A DNA stretch of 53,537 bases, from the NCBI GenBank assembly GCA_943704425.1, contig CALSCP010001307.1, positions 1 through 53,537 of the forward strand, read 5' to 3'. Each line of letters starts with the position of its first letter. Position 1 is the first letter of the stretch. Position numbers and translations under genes: made by a program. The DNA comes from Ministeria vibrans ATCC 50519. Taxonomy: Eukaryota > Protista > Filasterea. Of this stretch, positions 27,201-42,366 are shown piece by piece. The notes below the pieces were generated by a model that saw only the letters and a list, made by a program, of their open reading frames with translations, did no database searches and was not told the DNA's origin.

Positions 27201-28468
27201 TGTGGCACGTTCACCTGAGACCCATTGTGAGCTCGGTGTTGCGAGCCATGGCGAAAACATCACGTGTGCTGCGCGACCGTCAGTGTGTGCGCGTCTGTGG
27301 TCTCACCCTGCCTCTTGTACAGCGCCTTCTCGCTGCCGCTGTGTTTGTGCTGCGCTTCGGCCATGCACTGCCGCGACAGTATGACGGCGACGCCTGGTAC
27401 ACCTACGGCCTGCCCACTCGCCTGTGGCAGACTACCTGGTCGAGCAGTCTTGCCGACAGCAACGACATGCTGCTGGCCAAAGCTCTGCTCGACGTGGAGC
27501 GCACGCGTGGCCGTGCGTCACTCCATGGCCAGGCGGCCGTTGAGTGGCAGCTCACCATCTGTCTCACTGCCTGGCTTGCTTTTGCTGTGTCGCTCGAGCA
27601 CGCTCCCCTTGTGAAACTTGTGGGGCGGCACGTTGACGACGTGCTCGACAGCAACGTTGACGTGCTCCTTGACGAACCAGTGCGTGTTGCCGTTGCTGGG
27701 CAGAGCACGAGCTGTCCCACTCGCCGTGCATGGATGGAGCTCCTTGAACGGGCTACGGGTGTTGCCGTGTTTCTTTGCAGTGTCAAGCATAATCGTCTTC
27801 CTCGCTCATTTGCCACGCTATGCGGTTCACCACCCACCGAACAGCAATCTTCTCGTCGTCGTCGCTTCCCCTCACTTGGCAGTGACGACGCAGCCGACGC
27901 TGCTTTCGACGTATGCTTCTGGCTTAATCTCCACTTGTCTCTGCCAACACGCCCGCTTGTTGCAAGTGCTGTCACCATGGCCGTGGTACGCGCACACGAC
28001 GCTGAGGCAGACGAGGTGATTGCCAAGGCAACGCAACGGAGCAGTGAGGTTGTCGAATTGGAATCGAGTTGTGAAGATGACGACGGAATTGACAAAACAC
28101 AGCTTGGTAATGCACTGCTCTGTGTAACCGCCCGTCGAGTGGCTCAGCTGCTCGACTCGGCTGCCAGCCAAAGCGCATATGCCCGTCGTGTGTCGCTCCT
28201 CCCCGTGCCCCTTTACGACTGGATCACACACACCGCAGAGCAAGTCAACGAACAACCACAGCAACAGCAGCCTCAACCGCCCTCCGACACACAGCATTGG
28301 CAACGGCTCCCTCCTGAGTACGCTCCCCTCAGCGACATTCCCTCCAGCGATGCCGTTGCCACAGCCGCAGCCGCGTCGCTTGCCACCACCACCCTCGAGC
28401 TCATCCCAACCAATGATCGCGCAAAGGCACTCGCGTCCATTCTTCAGGACTTTCGTTCTGTACAATAA
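24239..28468 (+). CDS. RAB3GAP2: Rab3 GTPase-activating protein non-catalytic subunit (Rab18 GEF subunit)
   Basis: LILGYANGWLRI; FRDARRH....WASPCGEYAATSDSLGRVTLLE......LRVWKGYRDAECGW; YLIIFAVRRGLLEAW are RAB3GAP2_N signatures; last exon ~3.6 kb. Confidence 0.9.
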
Positions 28469-28519
28469 CAAAATAAATAATAAAATTAATAAGAATAATA
28501 ATACGAATAATAATAATAA

Positions 28520-28921
28520 TTACTCCCTTTCGAGGGCCCTCGTGCGCATTGAGCTTGAGGGGCGCGGCAATGGCGCACTAGGGACTGCTGTGTACAGGGT
28601 GTACCTGTGCCTCGGTACATTCTTTATGGGTGTATCAGTGGGTCTATGGGCTTCTTTCGGGACATTCTCGTCTTGAAGTCTACGGCGGAAGTATTGCGCT
28701 GCTCTTTGTTTTGTATATTGTCTTGTTTTGACATTGAGTACAGCTCTTGATTCTCTATTAATTATTAATTTCTTATTTATAATAATTATTTTATTTTACA
28801 CGACCGTCTCGGGCTCCGACACGTCAGAGTCTGACTCTGTGTTAACTGCAACTGCTTTCAAGTCCGCATCAGGCACTCCAAGGAGCTTGAGTGGGACAAT
28901 ACAATAATACGAAGAATTTAA

Positions 28922-28999
<78 letters not shown>

Positions 29000-30721
29000 T
29001 AATAAAATTATAATTATAATCATAATAATGAGAGAGACAATCATTATTATTGGTTATGTTATTGCACGTGTAAGTTTACCACTTGAACAACTTCAAGTCG
29101 ATCGCGGTGACTTGATGTGAGTGACGACAATCGAACGTTGTCTGAGAATGGAGGGTTGATCATCTCTTCGGCTCGCGCGGAGGGGGAAGGGGCAGGAGAG
29201 CCAGTGCGAGGAGAGAGCGGCAGAGACCCCTGAGGAGAAGTGCTGTTGTCCCGGGTGAGAGTGCGACGAGAAGAGAAGGAGGAGGAGGAGCGAAGGCGAG
29301 GGAGATCGTCGCGGGAGAGCGTCGAGGTGACGGGCGGTGAGAGTAAATCGTCGCTTGATGACTGTCCTTGTTGTTGATGATCATAATGCAGCTCATTAAG
29401 TTGTGAAGCAAGGGTGTGTGGTGAGCGCGAGGCGGGCGAGCAAGGGGGAGGAGAAGGAGAGAGCGAGGGAACAGAGCCTTGTGAAAGAAAAGTGACGCGC
29501 GTCACTCGTTTGCCCTGTCAAAAAAAGAGGAAATGTGATAGGGAAAGAGGCAGAGAAAGATAATGAGAGAGAGAAAAAGAAAGAAAGAGAAAGAGCAAAA
29601 GAAAGTGTAAGAGAACGTGAGAAAGAAACGGTGATACAGAGAAAAAAGGGAGAAAGACACAAAGTGAGAGAAAGAGATAGAGAGTTTGTGCGTGTAGTGG
29701 GATTGTTGTGTCACCTCTGCGTCAAGAAACGGAGAAATTCGTTCGAAAGTGGGTCGTTCTGAGACAGACCGGTTGAGGCAGGCGCGCAAAAGAGACGAGT
29801 AGGGCTCGGCAAGGTGGTCAGGAACTTCGACGGGTTGTTCTATGTGAGAAAAGGGAGAGGGTTTAGAGAGAGGGGAGGGAAAAGGGAAGTGACGGACCAA
29901 GAAGGCGAAAAAGATGAAGAGGGTCAGTGATTCTGGCGGTGGGGATAAAGCGAGTGCGTAGGAGAGTCTCCCAGGCAACGACGCCAAAGCTGTAGACGTC
30001 TGACGCAGTGGTGACGATGGCAGAGTGTGTCGCAGTAGAAGTAGCAGTAGTAGGAGGAGTGGCGGGGGTGGTAGTAGAAGGAGGAGCAGCACTTGCAGTA
30101 GTAGAAGAAGTAGTAGTAGCAGCAGTTGTAGTGGTGAGGGGAGTGAGAGGCAGGGGGGGGGTAAGGGATTCTGATGGGGAGAGTGGTGAGAGAGGCGAGT
30201 CTGCCGAGGGAGTGCCTAGACCGGAGAAGATGAGTTCGGGAGCGGTGGAGGCGAGGAAGGAGAAGGTGTCGGATTCGCTGTGGCGCAGATGGTGTGAGTT
30301 ACGGCGCACAAGACGACGGGGGTGGTTCTCGCGAAGTGCAGAGGAGCCAGAGGTGTGGCGGGGACGTTTGCCTGTTGAAGCGTGGGCTAAGGGATGGATT
30401 GTCGGTGAAGAATGGTTAAACTGACGAGTCGCTATGAGAGGGTGAGGGATGGTGACGGAGGAAGGGAGAGGGGAGGCAGAGGATGGAGAGTGGAAGGCAG
30501 TTGGGGTGGAGGGCGGTGCAGACGCAAATGCCCGCGTGCTGCTCAGCAGATTGCCAATGCGTGCTGTGTAGTCTGACGCCACCTATTTTCATATTTATCA
30601 AGAGAGAGCGCGAGAAGGAGATGAAAGGGAAGAAGAAAGAAACAAAGTGATAGAGAGAGAAGAAAAACACAAAGAAAAAAAGTGATAGATATTGTGTGTC
30701 AGTCCGTTGTTAAATTAATAC

Positions 30722-30784
<63 letters not shown>

Positions 30785-33700
30785 TATATTTAGGGGTACC
30801 AGACACGAACGCACTGAGAGCTGATGGTGAATCACTGGCGGCTTCAAGGAATGAAGATAGTTCATTCCTCTGTAAGCCATACACAGTCGAACAAAAAGAT
30901 AGAAAGAGAGACAGAGAGAGAGAGAGAGAAAGACGGGAGAAAGAAACAAATTGATGATAAAGAGAGTAAGGTAAGACTTGAAGTGGATATATTATGTGTA
31001 TACCGAGCAATGTCTGAAATAATTGAGTGCCGTGTTTGAAATATGAGTCGTTCTTCCGATTCAAACAGGACCTAACATAGGATGTTAATGTAATAATAGA
31101 TTCATTTTTTCTCTATCTCCCTTTTTCTCTTTTTCTTTCTCCTCTCACTCTTTCGTTTTTCTTACGTGTTCTAATGTTCCGCGCTCAGCAAAGGCAGACA
31201 CTATTAGAATGTCAGAAGGAGTCGAACACACTCCGTAAAACTCATTGAGATTTGGATGATTGATGGTCCTGAAAAAAGAAAAAAGCATACAGGAATTAGG
31301 AATTAAGTTTCGCGTTTCGTTCAGCATTGTCTGGTGGTTACATTCTGAGAGCTATTTCAGACTTCAATTTGACCCAAAAGGAGTTTGAAAGTCGCGAGAG
31401 ATTCTCCGAGAGGACAATTCTCTTGACAACGACTCTGTGGGTGCCCCTTAGAATACCCTCTGAGAGCACAAAGGGCTTTGATTTAGACTTGGAATGAAGC
31501 TGATTCAGATTGCTGTTCAAATCACTGTTTGCAGCGTTATTCAAATCCGGTTGAGCACTCTCTACCATGATCAGCTCGTGAGATTGGATTTTCCATTGGC
31601 CCACCATTGAGTGCTTTTTCTTTTCGCCCTTGAGTGGCACAGCCCCATGACTGTTGTTGTGGCTGTTCTTCATCAGGCTCTGATTGCGCAGCTCAGTCAT
31701 CCCAACTGTCTCGCGATGGTGGATCTGCCACACTCCAAACGACAAATCCTGTCGCTCAACCTAAGTTCGTCGGTGAGTCAGTATTATTTTCAGTCTCTGT
31801 GTCCGTATTTTGACCCATCAACTGATTCAATTCAGTGCAGGCGTTTCTTTTTCTTTCTATTCTTGTCGCAGATTCATTTCTTACTCGTGCACACACCAAA
31901 TTGTGCTTCTCCGATACTGTGTTACGATCAATATTATTCCAGAATTCGTTGCACGTCAAAATTTGTCCCGCTTAAAAAACCAAAAACAAAAAAAAATAGA
32001 CAGAGAGAGACGTAAGTTTAAGTTCCCCATTCTTTTGAAATGGTTTTCGATTTATACGTTGAGCGATCGCAATGAGTTGCAAGACAATGGGGGTCGCATC
32101 GCCTGAATATTCTACTTGTCGGGTTTCAATGTCCAAAGAGCGTTTCATCCTACAAGAAAGTCATGAATAAAATATTGGGGGTAGGGACTGAGCGCGAGTT
32201 GGGCTTAGGATTCGGGATAAGATTTTTTGTGTTTCTCTCAATCTCTCTTTCTTTTGCTGTGTACATTCCGCTGTGAATCGCAATTTTGATCTCGTCCCGT
32301 TCTGACTCGCTCCCAGAGTCCATTTCAGACTCATTCTGGTCAGCTGCAGCTGACGCAGATGAGCTGTCATTGTCCAAAATGTTCAGTGAAGCAGCTAGTT
32401 CGCCCGAATAACTTTTCAGTTGCAACTGAGCACTGAATAGTAATCCGCTCTCAGAATCGCCAAAAATAAGCCCTAAACAAGATTGGGTTCACTTTGTGAT
32501 TACTTCGCTCGTTGTCTTACAGATTCGGTCTGTTGAGTTTGAGACTTCAAACCCGCCAAAATCCGCAGTGAGTAACTCAATGGCCGAAAAGATCTCGCGA
32601 TTGCTCTAAATGATTACAATTCATTTTTTGTCAGGGTATCAGAGAAAATAATAATAACTTACTTTCATGTCAAAATCAGGTAAAGCAACGCAAACAAGGC
32701 ACATTTCACTCTGATCTGTTCCCCTCTCCTCCAAAATAAGCTCAATGCCCTATCGAGTAAAAAGACAGCAAAAGAGCGGGAAAAGTTGTAGTAAGGTGAT
32801 AATTTTATGACTGACAATCATCATTATTAAATAAGTATTATCATAATTATAAAAATAACAATAACAAGAAAATATAATAATAATAATTATAATTATTAAT
32901 AATTCTACGCTAGTGGTAGAGAATAAACATAAACGTGCTGCCGTTAGGGTTAGGGTTAGGGTTAGGGTTAGGGTTAGGGTTAGGGTTTACGCTTGGCATT
33001 GATGTCCGTGTTAGGGTTAGTGTCGTACATTGAGATGCGCTGCGTTTCGTGGGATGTTCGCCTGAGTAACAGTGAGCGTTGAAGATGACGAGCGAAAGTG
33101 CTCTTGGATACTCTCCAGTCTCGGTCCCTGCCAGTATAACGTCATTAATATAATTATTATAACAAACTCTTAATAATAACAATGATAATAATAATAATAT
33201 AACAATAATAAAATGGAATGGTTACGAGTTGATCAAACTCCAACCGATTAGTCGGATCTGAACTCCACTGACGTTCCATAAGCTCAGCCAATTCCTAAGC
33301 ACTCATTCAAGTTACTCACTATACTAGTAGTTTCTCTGGTTCATTTCTCTGTACCGGATATGTTTCAGTGGGAATTGTCGGTCGCAAATTCTGTCGCAAT
33401 ACTCTATAAACACACCCACACACAATAATTGGTGTCAATAAATCGCTTATTCGCCTGTTTCATTCGCGAATGTGTCTGACCGATAAGCGACTGAAAGTGG
33501 ATTTTGATTTCGGTACAGCTCTGTGCGCGTCACAATTTCCCACATCACAATTCCAAACGCATAAGCATCTAATATCATTAATAATAATACAATCAATAAT
33601 AAAATTATGATAATAATAATACAATCAATAATAAAATTATGAATAACCATTATTGTGCAATGTCCGACCTGTTTTTGTAGTGTGCGGTTCACTTCTCATA

Positions 33701-34948
33701 ATTTCCGGTGCGTTCCAAAAAAGAGACCCAATAACATTGGGAGCGGAACTGGACAGTCCTAACCCACTCGCTTCGCTCTAAAGACGACCCAGAGTGAAAG
33801 TTTTATAAATTCAGAAGAAAAAATAATTATTATTAGTATATTTTGTGGTGTTAGGGCTCGGTGTTGTAGATTGGAGATTGGAGTTTGAGTGTACCTTTTC
33901 ATCGACTTGTTTCGGTTGCATAAGATCAGTCAGACCAAAATCAGACACTTTAATAGTGAGGTTGTCGTCCACCAGAAGATTGGGAGATTTGAGGTCTAAA
34001 GCAGCGACAAGTTGAGTCTCTCAGTCTCTCTCACTTTTCTCTCTTCTCTATCACCTCTGTGAAGGAATGGAGGCTTGTGAGCGTGCAAATAGGTCATTCC
34101 GTTGCACACGTCACGCATCATTCCCAGACGAAGGACCATTGGGAGTTCTACTTCGTCATTGAGGAGCACTATTGGAAAACACACACCATAATCATGACGG
34201 GGCACTCAGCGTCTCTGTGTGCAAACCTTCGTGGAGTGACCCTTTGTTCATAAGCTCCGTAATAATCATGAGATCGGGCGGAGCAATGCAAGCACCCATG
34301 AAGAGCACCACATTCGGGTGGCGGAGACTCGCCATCACTTGCGCTTCGCGGTTGAAGTCATCCAGAACACGATTGTCCAGAGGAAGCGAAAGCCGCAACA
34401 GTTTCTTGACGGCCACACGTGAGCCTCTAAATCGCCCCACATAGACAATTCCTGGCAATGACCAAGCATGGGGAGCGCGGGCCGGCGCACAAGAAGACGT
34501 GAGTAGAGCGCAACGGCGATAATATACAAATTTGGTCGTTGAAATTTTGCGTTTCTCTCTCTCACCGTATGAGCCTCGTCCAATCACGTTAAGCAACTCA
34601 ATATCCTCTTTAAAGATCCTAAAAATGGGTTGGGGTGTAAGCGGGGCTATCGGAGGGAACAGGGAGCCACACAGACCGATCTGGAGCAGGTTCTACTTTT
34701 TTGGTTCTCTTACTGTTCGCCTAAAACCCGCATGGCCATCCTACACGCCGCAAAACACACACAACATGATTAGGTGTACGCCAGACATGTCGTCGAGACA
34801 GGTACCCTTCCTCAACTTCCTTGACGGTCGCTGACAAGTGGCGACGGTGTTTCCGGCGTAAGTACCAGCAACTGATCGCCATGGCCACGACAAACGCCAC
34901 TGCGGCGATCACAATGCCAACAATGATCTCGTTGGCCAGCGTCGGCAT
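28520..34948 (-). CDS. Single-TM protein with TKL kinase, degenerate class III nucleotidyl cyclase and C-terminal pseudokinase; many exons (3' end either 28796 or 28520)
   Basis: TM IIVGIVIAAVAFVVAMAISCWYL-RRKHRR; kinase 1 IGRGSYG/VAVKK/HR|DLKSPN/DFG/APE/DAYAFG; middle GGFEVSNSTDRIWLIF...IKIAIHSG...RQVEYSG...GQIL; kinase 2 HPNL..FYGVC/YLHS.KPPVIHHQL/IGNL/APE/SDVYSFG/ERPTF. Confidence 0.85.
32944..32985 (+). repeat. Interstitial telomere-type repeat (TTAGGG)7, intronic
   Basis: Seven perfect copies plus TTAGGGTTAG at 33011-33020, inside a kinase-gene intron. Confidence 0.95.
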
Positions 34949-35046
34949 GGTTGCGAGAGAGTTTTATTAAAAACAGTTGAAACTGTGAAACTTCACGTCT
35001 TGTTGTTCTGTTTGCTTATCAGTTAACAACCAGTCAGCCTTCCCCG

Positions 35047-35077
<31 letters not shown>

Positions 35078-35246
35078 TCAGTCTCGACACTACGTTTAAA
35101 ATTGATTATGCGTCAACACCGCTTGCTTTTGTTTCTTGATAGACTGTATCTTAACTATCAGAAATTGTTATCAAGTTTGAGTGAAGTTTCAACATAGCAT
35201 TTTTTTCTTTTTTTTTTCTCTCTCTCTCTCTTACACAGTCGCTACA

Positions 35247-36809
35247 ATGGTAAACGTAACGCTTGCTTTGACTATTCACACCACCACCTAGGCATTTACT
35301 CTTCATCTCTTCTTTTAGCACTGTGTCTTTTGTGGACGAAACGCGTTTGATTCGCGCGTCGATTTTGAACAGCACTCGCGCCAGTGCGCTCTCGAGAGCG
35401 CTCGTGAGTTTGACGATTCAGAGTCTCCTCCTGGCAGCCCCCCGGCACCGTTTGCCACTTGCCAGGCGTCTCTGGTCGACTCGTCGTCGTTTGTGAAAAG
35501 TGCCAAACGTACCACGTCAGACCGAGTATTTGGTCAGTCGTCGCCCTTTATCGGCTCCACCAAAGTCAAGTACGGCAAAAAGCGGAGTACCGGTAAGTTT
35601 TTTCTTGCTTTTTCTATCAAAATAATTATGACTTTCTAACAACGTTTTGTGACAGCTCCTCCCATCACAAGCCATGTTGATTCTCCGTCGCCTCTCGTCG
35701 ACTCGCTTGTCACCGTTGTGCCTGATAGTCAAGGGGCCGAGTCGGAGGAAGGAGACGTCGTGTGCCCTTGGACGAGAGAGGGCGAACTTGTGTCGCCTCC
35801 GTCTCTCGCACATCAGGGCTCTCTTGAGTCTTTAGAGCTCGGCTGCGGCTCTCAAGAAGAGCGCCCCATTGCTTTATCGCAGTCCACAGCACCCACTGCC
35901 ACTATTGTTGCAGCAGATGAAGTCACACCACCGTCACAACCACCGCCACAGCACACTACAAGAAGACGAAGCACACGAAATCAGAAACCACTCAGCGTGA
36001 AGCTGGAACCCGCCTCGGATGCAACAATAGCTCCACGTACAAGCAAAAAGAGGAAGACTCCACAGCAAGACGTGACGGAGGAGACACCCACCACACGACA
36101 CGAACCAACAACTAAAAAAAGAAGGACCTCGCTACAACAACAACGGCAACAACAACAACAACAACATGCACAATCCACTCGACGCTCTACTACCACCGCT
36201 CCACCGCTGCAATGCGAGAAGATTGTCACTCAACACAAGGAGAATGTCCCATCGCCACGAAAGAAGCGCGGTCTTGCCATCAAAGAAAAAGAAAAGCAAA
36301 GCATATGTCTCACGGGTAGCACTGACCCAGCTGCCGATCGTGAAGTGCTTGCTGCAGCCGTTAAGCATCTAGGCTGTTTTCAAGGTGGTATAGTGAGCAC
36401 TGTAGACGCGTCAACGACACACATTGTCGTGTGCTCTCCCGCTGCTACACCACGACGCACTCTCAATCTCCTCCACGCACTCTCTCGCAACTGTGTCGTT
36501 CTGCCATTTGAATGGGTCATGGAGAGCATTGAGAACGAAGCATGGCTCCCCACTCAGCCCTACCGGCTTACCATGGCGGTCCACGAGCCTCGTTTTTTTG
36601 CCAATCGTGCCTTCTTTATTGCCTCTCGCACCGCCCCTTCTCCAGCGGAACTCCGTTTGCTCATCCTTTCGCTTGGTGGTCGCATTGTTCACTCGCACCG
36701 TCAAGCGGACTGCTTTGTGGGCAGCCCAACGCAGTTTCCCTCACGTGGCGGCAACAGCTGCGAGTGTATATCGCCATCACGTCTTCTCGATGCAATTTTG
36801 CCGGCGTAG
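35247..36809 (+). CDS. Microcephalin (MCPH1)-like tandem-BRCT protein with N-terminal C2HC zinc finger
   Basis: ATG|intron 35250-35318|HCVFCGRNAFDSRVDFEQHSRQC; C-terminal TTHIVV...RTLNLLHAL...C.VLPFEWVMESIE...W...PY and FFA...FFIA....PSPAELRLLILSLGGRI......AD.FVG match MCPH1 BRCT2/3. Confidence 0.75.
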
Positions 36810-37060
36810 AAAATGAAAGCTAAAGGTGTCTTGTAAACATTGTATCATTCAAAAAAAATTAATTGAGCGTGAGAGTAACAACGAGGTAAAATCTTGGCTC
36901 AAGATGAACCCTCCAAAAATTAATCCATCCCACCCTTGAAGCAGCCTTGATATTGATTGGTAATATTTCAACTTCTGATCTTGTTGAAAATTCAAAATTT
37001 AAAAAAAAAAAATTTAAAAAAAAAACATTAAACAATCTTTTTCAATCTTTATTCATCAAC

Positions 37061-38637
<1,577 letters not shown>

Positions 38638-39196
38638 TGCAGCGCACACACACACACACACAGACACAGACACACACATACACACACTTACACACACACT
38701 CGCCGCGGGCGGGTACTCCTTGCTATACACAGACGCACACTGTATACACACACTGTGTGTGTTTTCCTTTTCTCTTTCTTATTTCTACTTAGTTCTTTTT
38801 CATTCAACTGTTTCAACTGTCCCTTCAAAGCCCGTTCTCATCAAAAAAAAAAAGGGAGTTTGTCTCAGTAGCTCTCGTGTATCGTTCGTAACTCTATAAT
38901 AACGACAATCAAAAAATAACTCGAAAGGATTCCATTTCGGGTTGCTCCCTCTTGATACCCCTGTGTCTTGATTGTGGTTTGAGCTGTTTGAACGGCTTGT
39001 CGCTTCTGGCTCGGTTTTTCTCCTACAACCATTAAAATAATTCTTATAATTATAAAAATTAATTAATATTAATAATAAGAGAATAATATTATTGTTTATT
39101 AAGGAGAAAAAACAATTATTATAATAATAAATACAATAAAGAAAGAGTAATACAACATTAATTAATTAACTAAACCCTATTAATGGGATAGTGGTA

Positions 39197-42105
39197 TTAT
39201 ACAAAAGAGTCATTTGTGATACTCGGCTGGAGCCGCTCAACGTGACGGCGAGTGAGCGTCAGTTGGCTCAAAGGCAGTTTGTGTCGTTGTTGTTGTTGTT
39301 GTGCGGGAGCCAGATTGAACGAGAGATTCTCCAGATCTGGCAAACTGATTTGATCTTCATCGTGAGTCCACCTAGAGGAGTGTTCTTCTTCTCCCATCTC
39401 CTCTTCCAGCACTTCAATTTCACCGCAGTCCTCAAACTCCATCTTTGACTCATTGTTTCTCCCAATGTCCTCCATCTCCACACTCCCATGTTCCATAACC
39501 ACTGACTCACTCTCTCGAGCTACCTCTGCCTTCGCCTCTGCCTCTGATTCATCCACCACTCCATCGACGTCCCATTGCACTAGCTGCAACCTGTGCAGTG
39601 TCAGCGCCGATGCCCACAGCGACGTCGGAGACTTGCCCGACGTCGATGAGGCAACCGATGAGGAGTGCGTGGACGCCCGAGAGGCATACTGGACGTTGTG
39701 CAGTGGCTGAAGCGGCGTAAGCGCAGGTACACTTGCGTCTGGTGTTTGTTGTGCGGTAAACAGAGGAAGTCCCGGGTGTTCGTGAAGTGGGGTGAGTTCA
39801 AGCGGGACAATATTGCGAAAGAGGGGAGTAAATGGGCGCGCGCTGAGTGGAGTGAGTGCGGGGGGTATGGAAGACTGCATGGGTGTGCCGCGCTCGTGAG
39901 CAAGTGAAAGGGCGTCCAACGAAGGGACGCAGCGCATCGAGACGCTCTTGTTAGTGTTGTGGAACGAGTGCTGCGAGAGCGCATCTAGTGAGGGCGCACA
40001 CTGTGAGAGCACATCCAGGGAGGGCGCACGTCGAGACCAGCTGCTCATGTTATGTTGCCGTTGTTGCTGATGTTGCTGTGAAGGTTGATCGACAAGCGAC
40101 TGCTCGTTCATCGATGCGAGTCGATCAAGGGAAGGCAATGGACAGGTCGTGTCAAGAAGAAGCGACTGCACACGTGACGACACGTGTGACGACACTCGCT
40201 GTTCGTTCGACTCTTCGTCCTTCACTGTTGTCGTTGTCACGCGCGAGTGTTCAAGAGTCGCCTCCTCAATGGCTCCAAGACTCGGACAGTTGTCAAGCTC
40301 GCGCAAACGTCGCGAAAGAGACCGCTCGTGACCTTTCATGATCATCAGTGGGTTTTCCATCATAAAAGGCTCAGAGCGACGCAGGACGGGCGACTCACAG
40401 AACCCAACGGTCATGCGAGTACGTGCCACTGCAGCCGGCACAGGCGCACCTGCAACCAACAGACCATGGTGAGTACTTGACGACGACGACGACTGTGAGG
40501 ACGCAGACGAGCGACGACGACGGCTCTTGAACCACCATGCCCCAATCCCATGGGTGGAAGTTTCCTCTTGCTCCTGCTGCTGCTGCTGCTGCTGCTGCAC
40601 TCTCACACTGTTGTCGCTTGTGCTGCTGCTCTGTCGACTTGCAGCACTCGTCCCCCCCGCTATAGTGCTCGTGCCTTCAGCACTAGAACTGTCCCGTGGC
40701 TGTCGTGGCACCGCGGGGTGCGCCACCACCGGCGACGCAAACACACCACCGCCGTCTTCACTCATACGCGATCCACGTAGACTGCGCAGCGAGAAGGACC
40801 CGCCACGCGTGTAAAAGTAGCTAAAGAAGGCGGATTTGCGTCCACCATACCGTTGTTGTTGCTGTTGGTGCGGGTTTGGTTGGAGCTGCAGTTCCGCCAT
40901 GAGCTGTGTGCTGTGTCTGCGACGGCTCTGGCGTTCGTGTCGTCCGCGCTCGCGTAAATCGTGCATGCGCTGACGACGACGACGCATTGACGGCCGGAAC
41001 GTGCTGACGGCCGTCGAGAGTGCCTGGCGGATTTTGCTGTTGCGCACAAAGTTGAAGGCAATGAACACTCCCTGAAGAGTGACAGTGAGCACAAAGAGCC
41101 AGGCAGAGAAGGCATTTTGGGGCGCAAGGACGACCAGAATGCCCAAGAGCCAGGGCAGTGAGAGAAGTAAAAAGAGGGTGAAGCACACCTTAAGGTGGTC
41201 GCGAAAGAGTTGCAACCGAGAGCGGTCCGTGCTTGAGGGTGGTGCGGTGCCAGCGGCCGCAAGAGACTCGGTGGAGCGCTTTTGCTTGCGCTGACGAGAG
41301 TTGCGCTGAAGGCGCAGCACAGAGCGCATCATGAGCACCAGTACAATTGTGTTGAAGATCATGATGAGCAAGGCAGGCACCAAGAAGCTGAGAATAAGAC
41401 CGAGCTGAGAGGCAATAAAACACACGCCCGGCGTTTCATGAGTGCCGTACGCACGACTGGCGGAACCCGACGCCGCCGCCGCATACACAATGATGTAAGT
41501 GAGCACAATGACTGCAGGCACCACAAGGCAAACGGCAAGAAGGTGGCGTGCTTTGCCGGGCCGTGCGTCCTCCAGGCGCACCATAGCCGTGTAGATTTTG
41601 CCGGCATGCACCAGCGACACACAGAACTGGACAAGTAGGAAGTAGTGCAGTGCAAGGCCGGTGAAGAAACAGCCGCCCGCGGGGGTTGCGATCGCCGCAC
41701 TATCTCCGTTCATAGAAGCTGTGGACAAGGGTGCCTTACCTCGAGCAGCGAGAAAGAATATTTGAACTTTAAATAAAGTCAGTCGACGAAACGATTAATT
41801 TTCAAATATGTACCGGCAAGAATTGAAGCGGCTAGTGCGACCAAGAGACGCACAGGGACCGATCGGAGGTTGTTCTGGTTGCAAATGAAGGCGTAGATGA
41901 TCAGAACGAGAACGCATGTGACGATGGAGAAGGTGCTGCAGACGGTGGAGGCAACGGCGAGTGCGGGTGATGAGTACGCCGAAGAGTCGACGAGAACCGC
42001 AAATGTGCGGTTCGACGACGCTGTCGAGCCCTCGTCTAGAGTGCTGTTGACTGCTGATGTCGACTGGACAAGCGCCAGAGCAAGGGCGAGGGCCAGGAGA
42101 GTCAT
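39197..42105 (-). CDS. Adhesion/secretin-class (7tm_2) GPCR with short ectodomain and ~600-aa disordered C-tail; 2 exons
   Basis: Signal peptide; TM1 SIVTCVLVLIIY; GCFFTGLALHYFLLVQF; CFI...LILSFLVPALLIMIFN; LFLLLSLPWLLG; WLFVLTVTLQGVFI...RNSKIR. Confidence 0.85.
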
Positions 42106-42366
42106 ATGGTGACTGGAACGCGTTTTTTTTTTTTGAAAAATAATACACTGAAAATTCAAAAAATTGACAAAAATTGACAGTCGACTCGAAAGAGATAGTA
42201 TGAGTCACTCAGCGACTGCTTTCTTGGCTGCTAACTGCTGAGTGAACAGAGTGATAGCTGCTATAGAATAGTGCAGATTTAAGAAAATATTATGAAATTA
42301 TATGTGAGACTGACTAAATCGAATCGACTTGAATATTAATTGATTCACATTTCACAGATTTCTTCA

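Noticed and set aside
32944-32985. Chromosome end
   Set aside because: Only 7 copies, and the kinase gene continues on both sides.
36810-37060. tRNA, snRNA or rRNA in intergenic gaps (also 38.9 and 47.7 kb)
   Set aside because: No recognisable cloverleaf, A/B boxes or known RNA sequence by eye.
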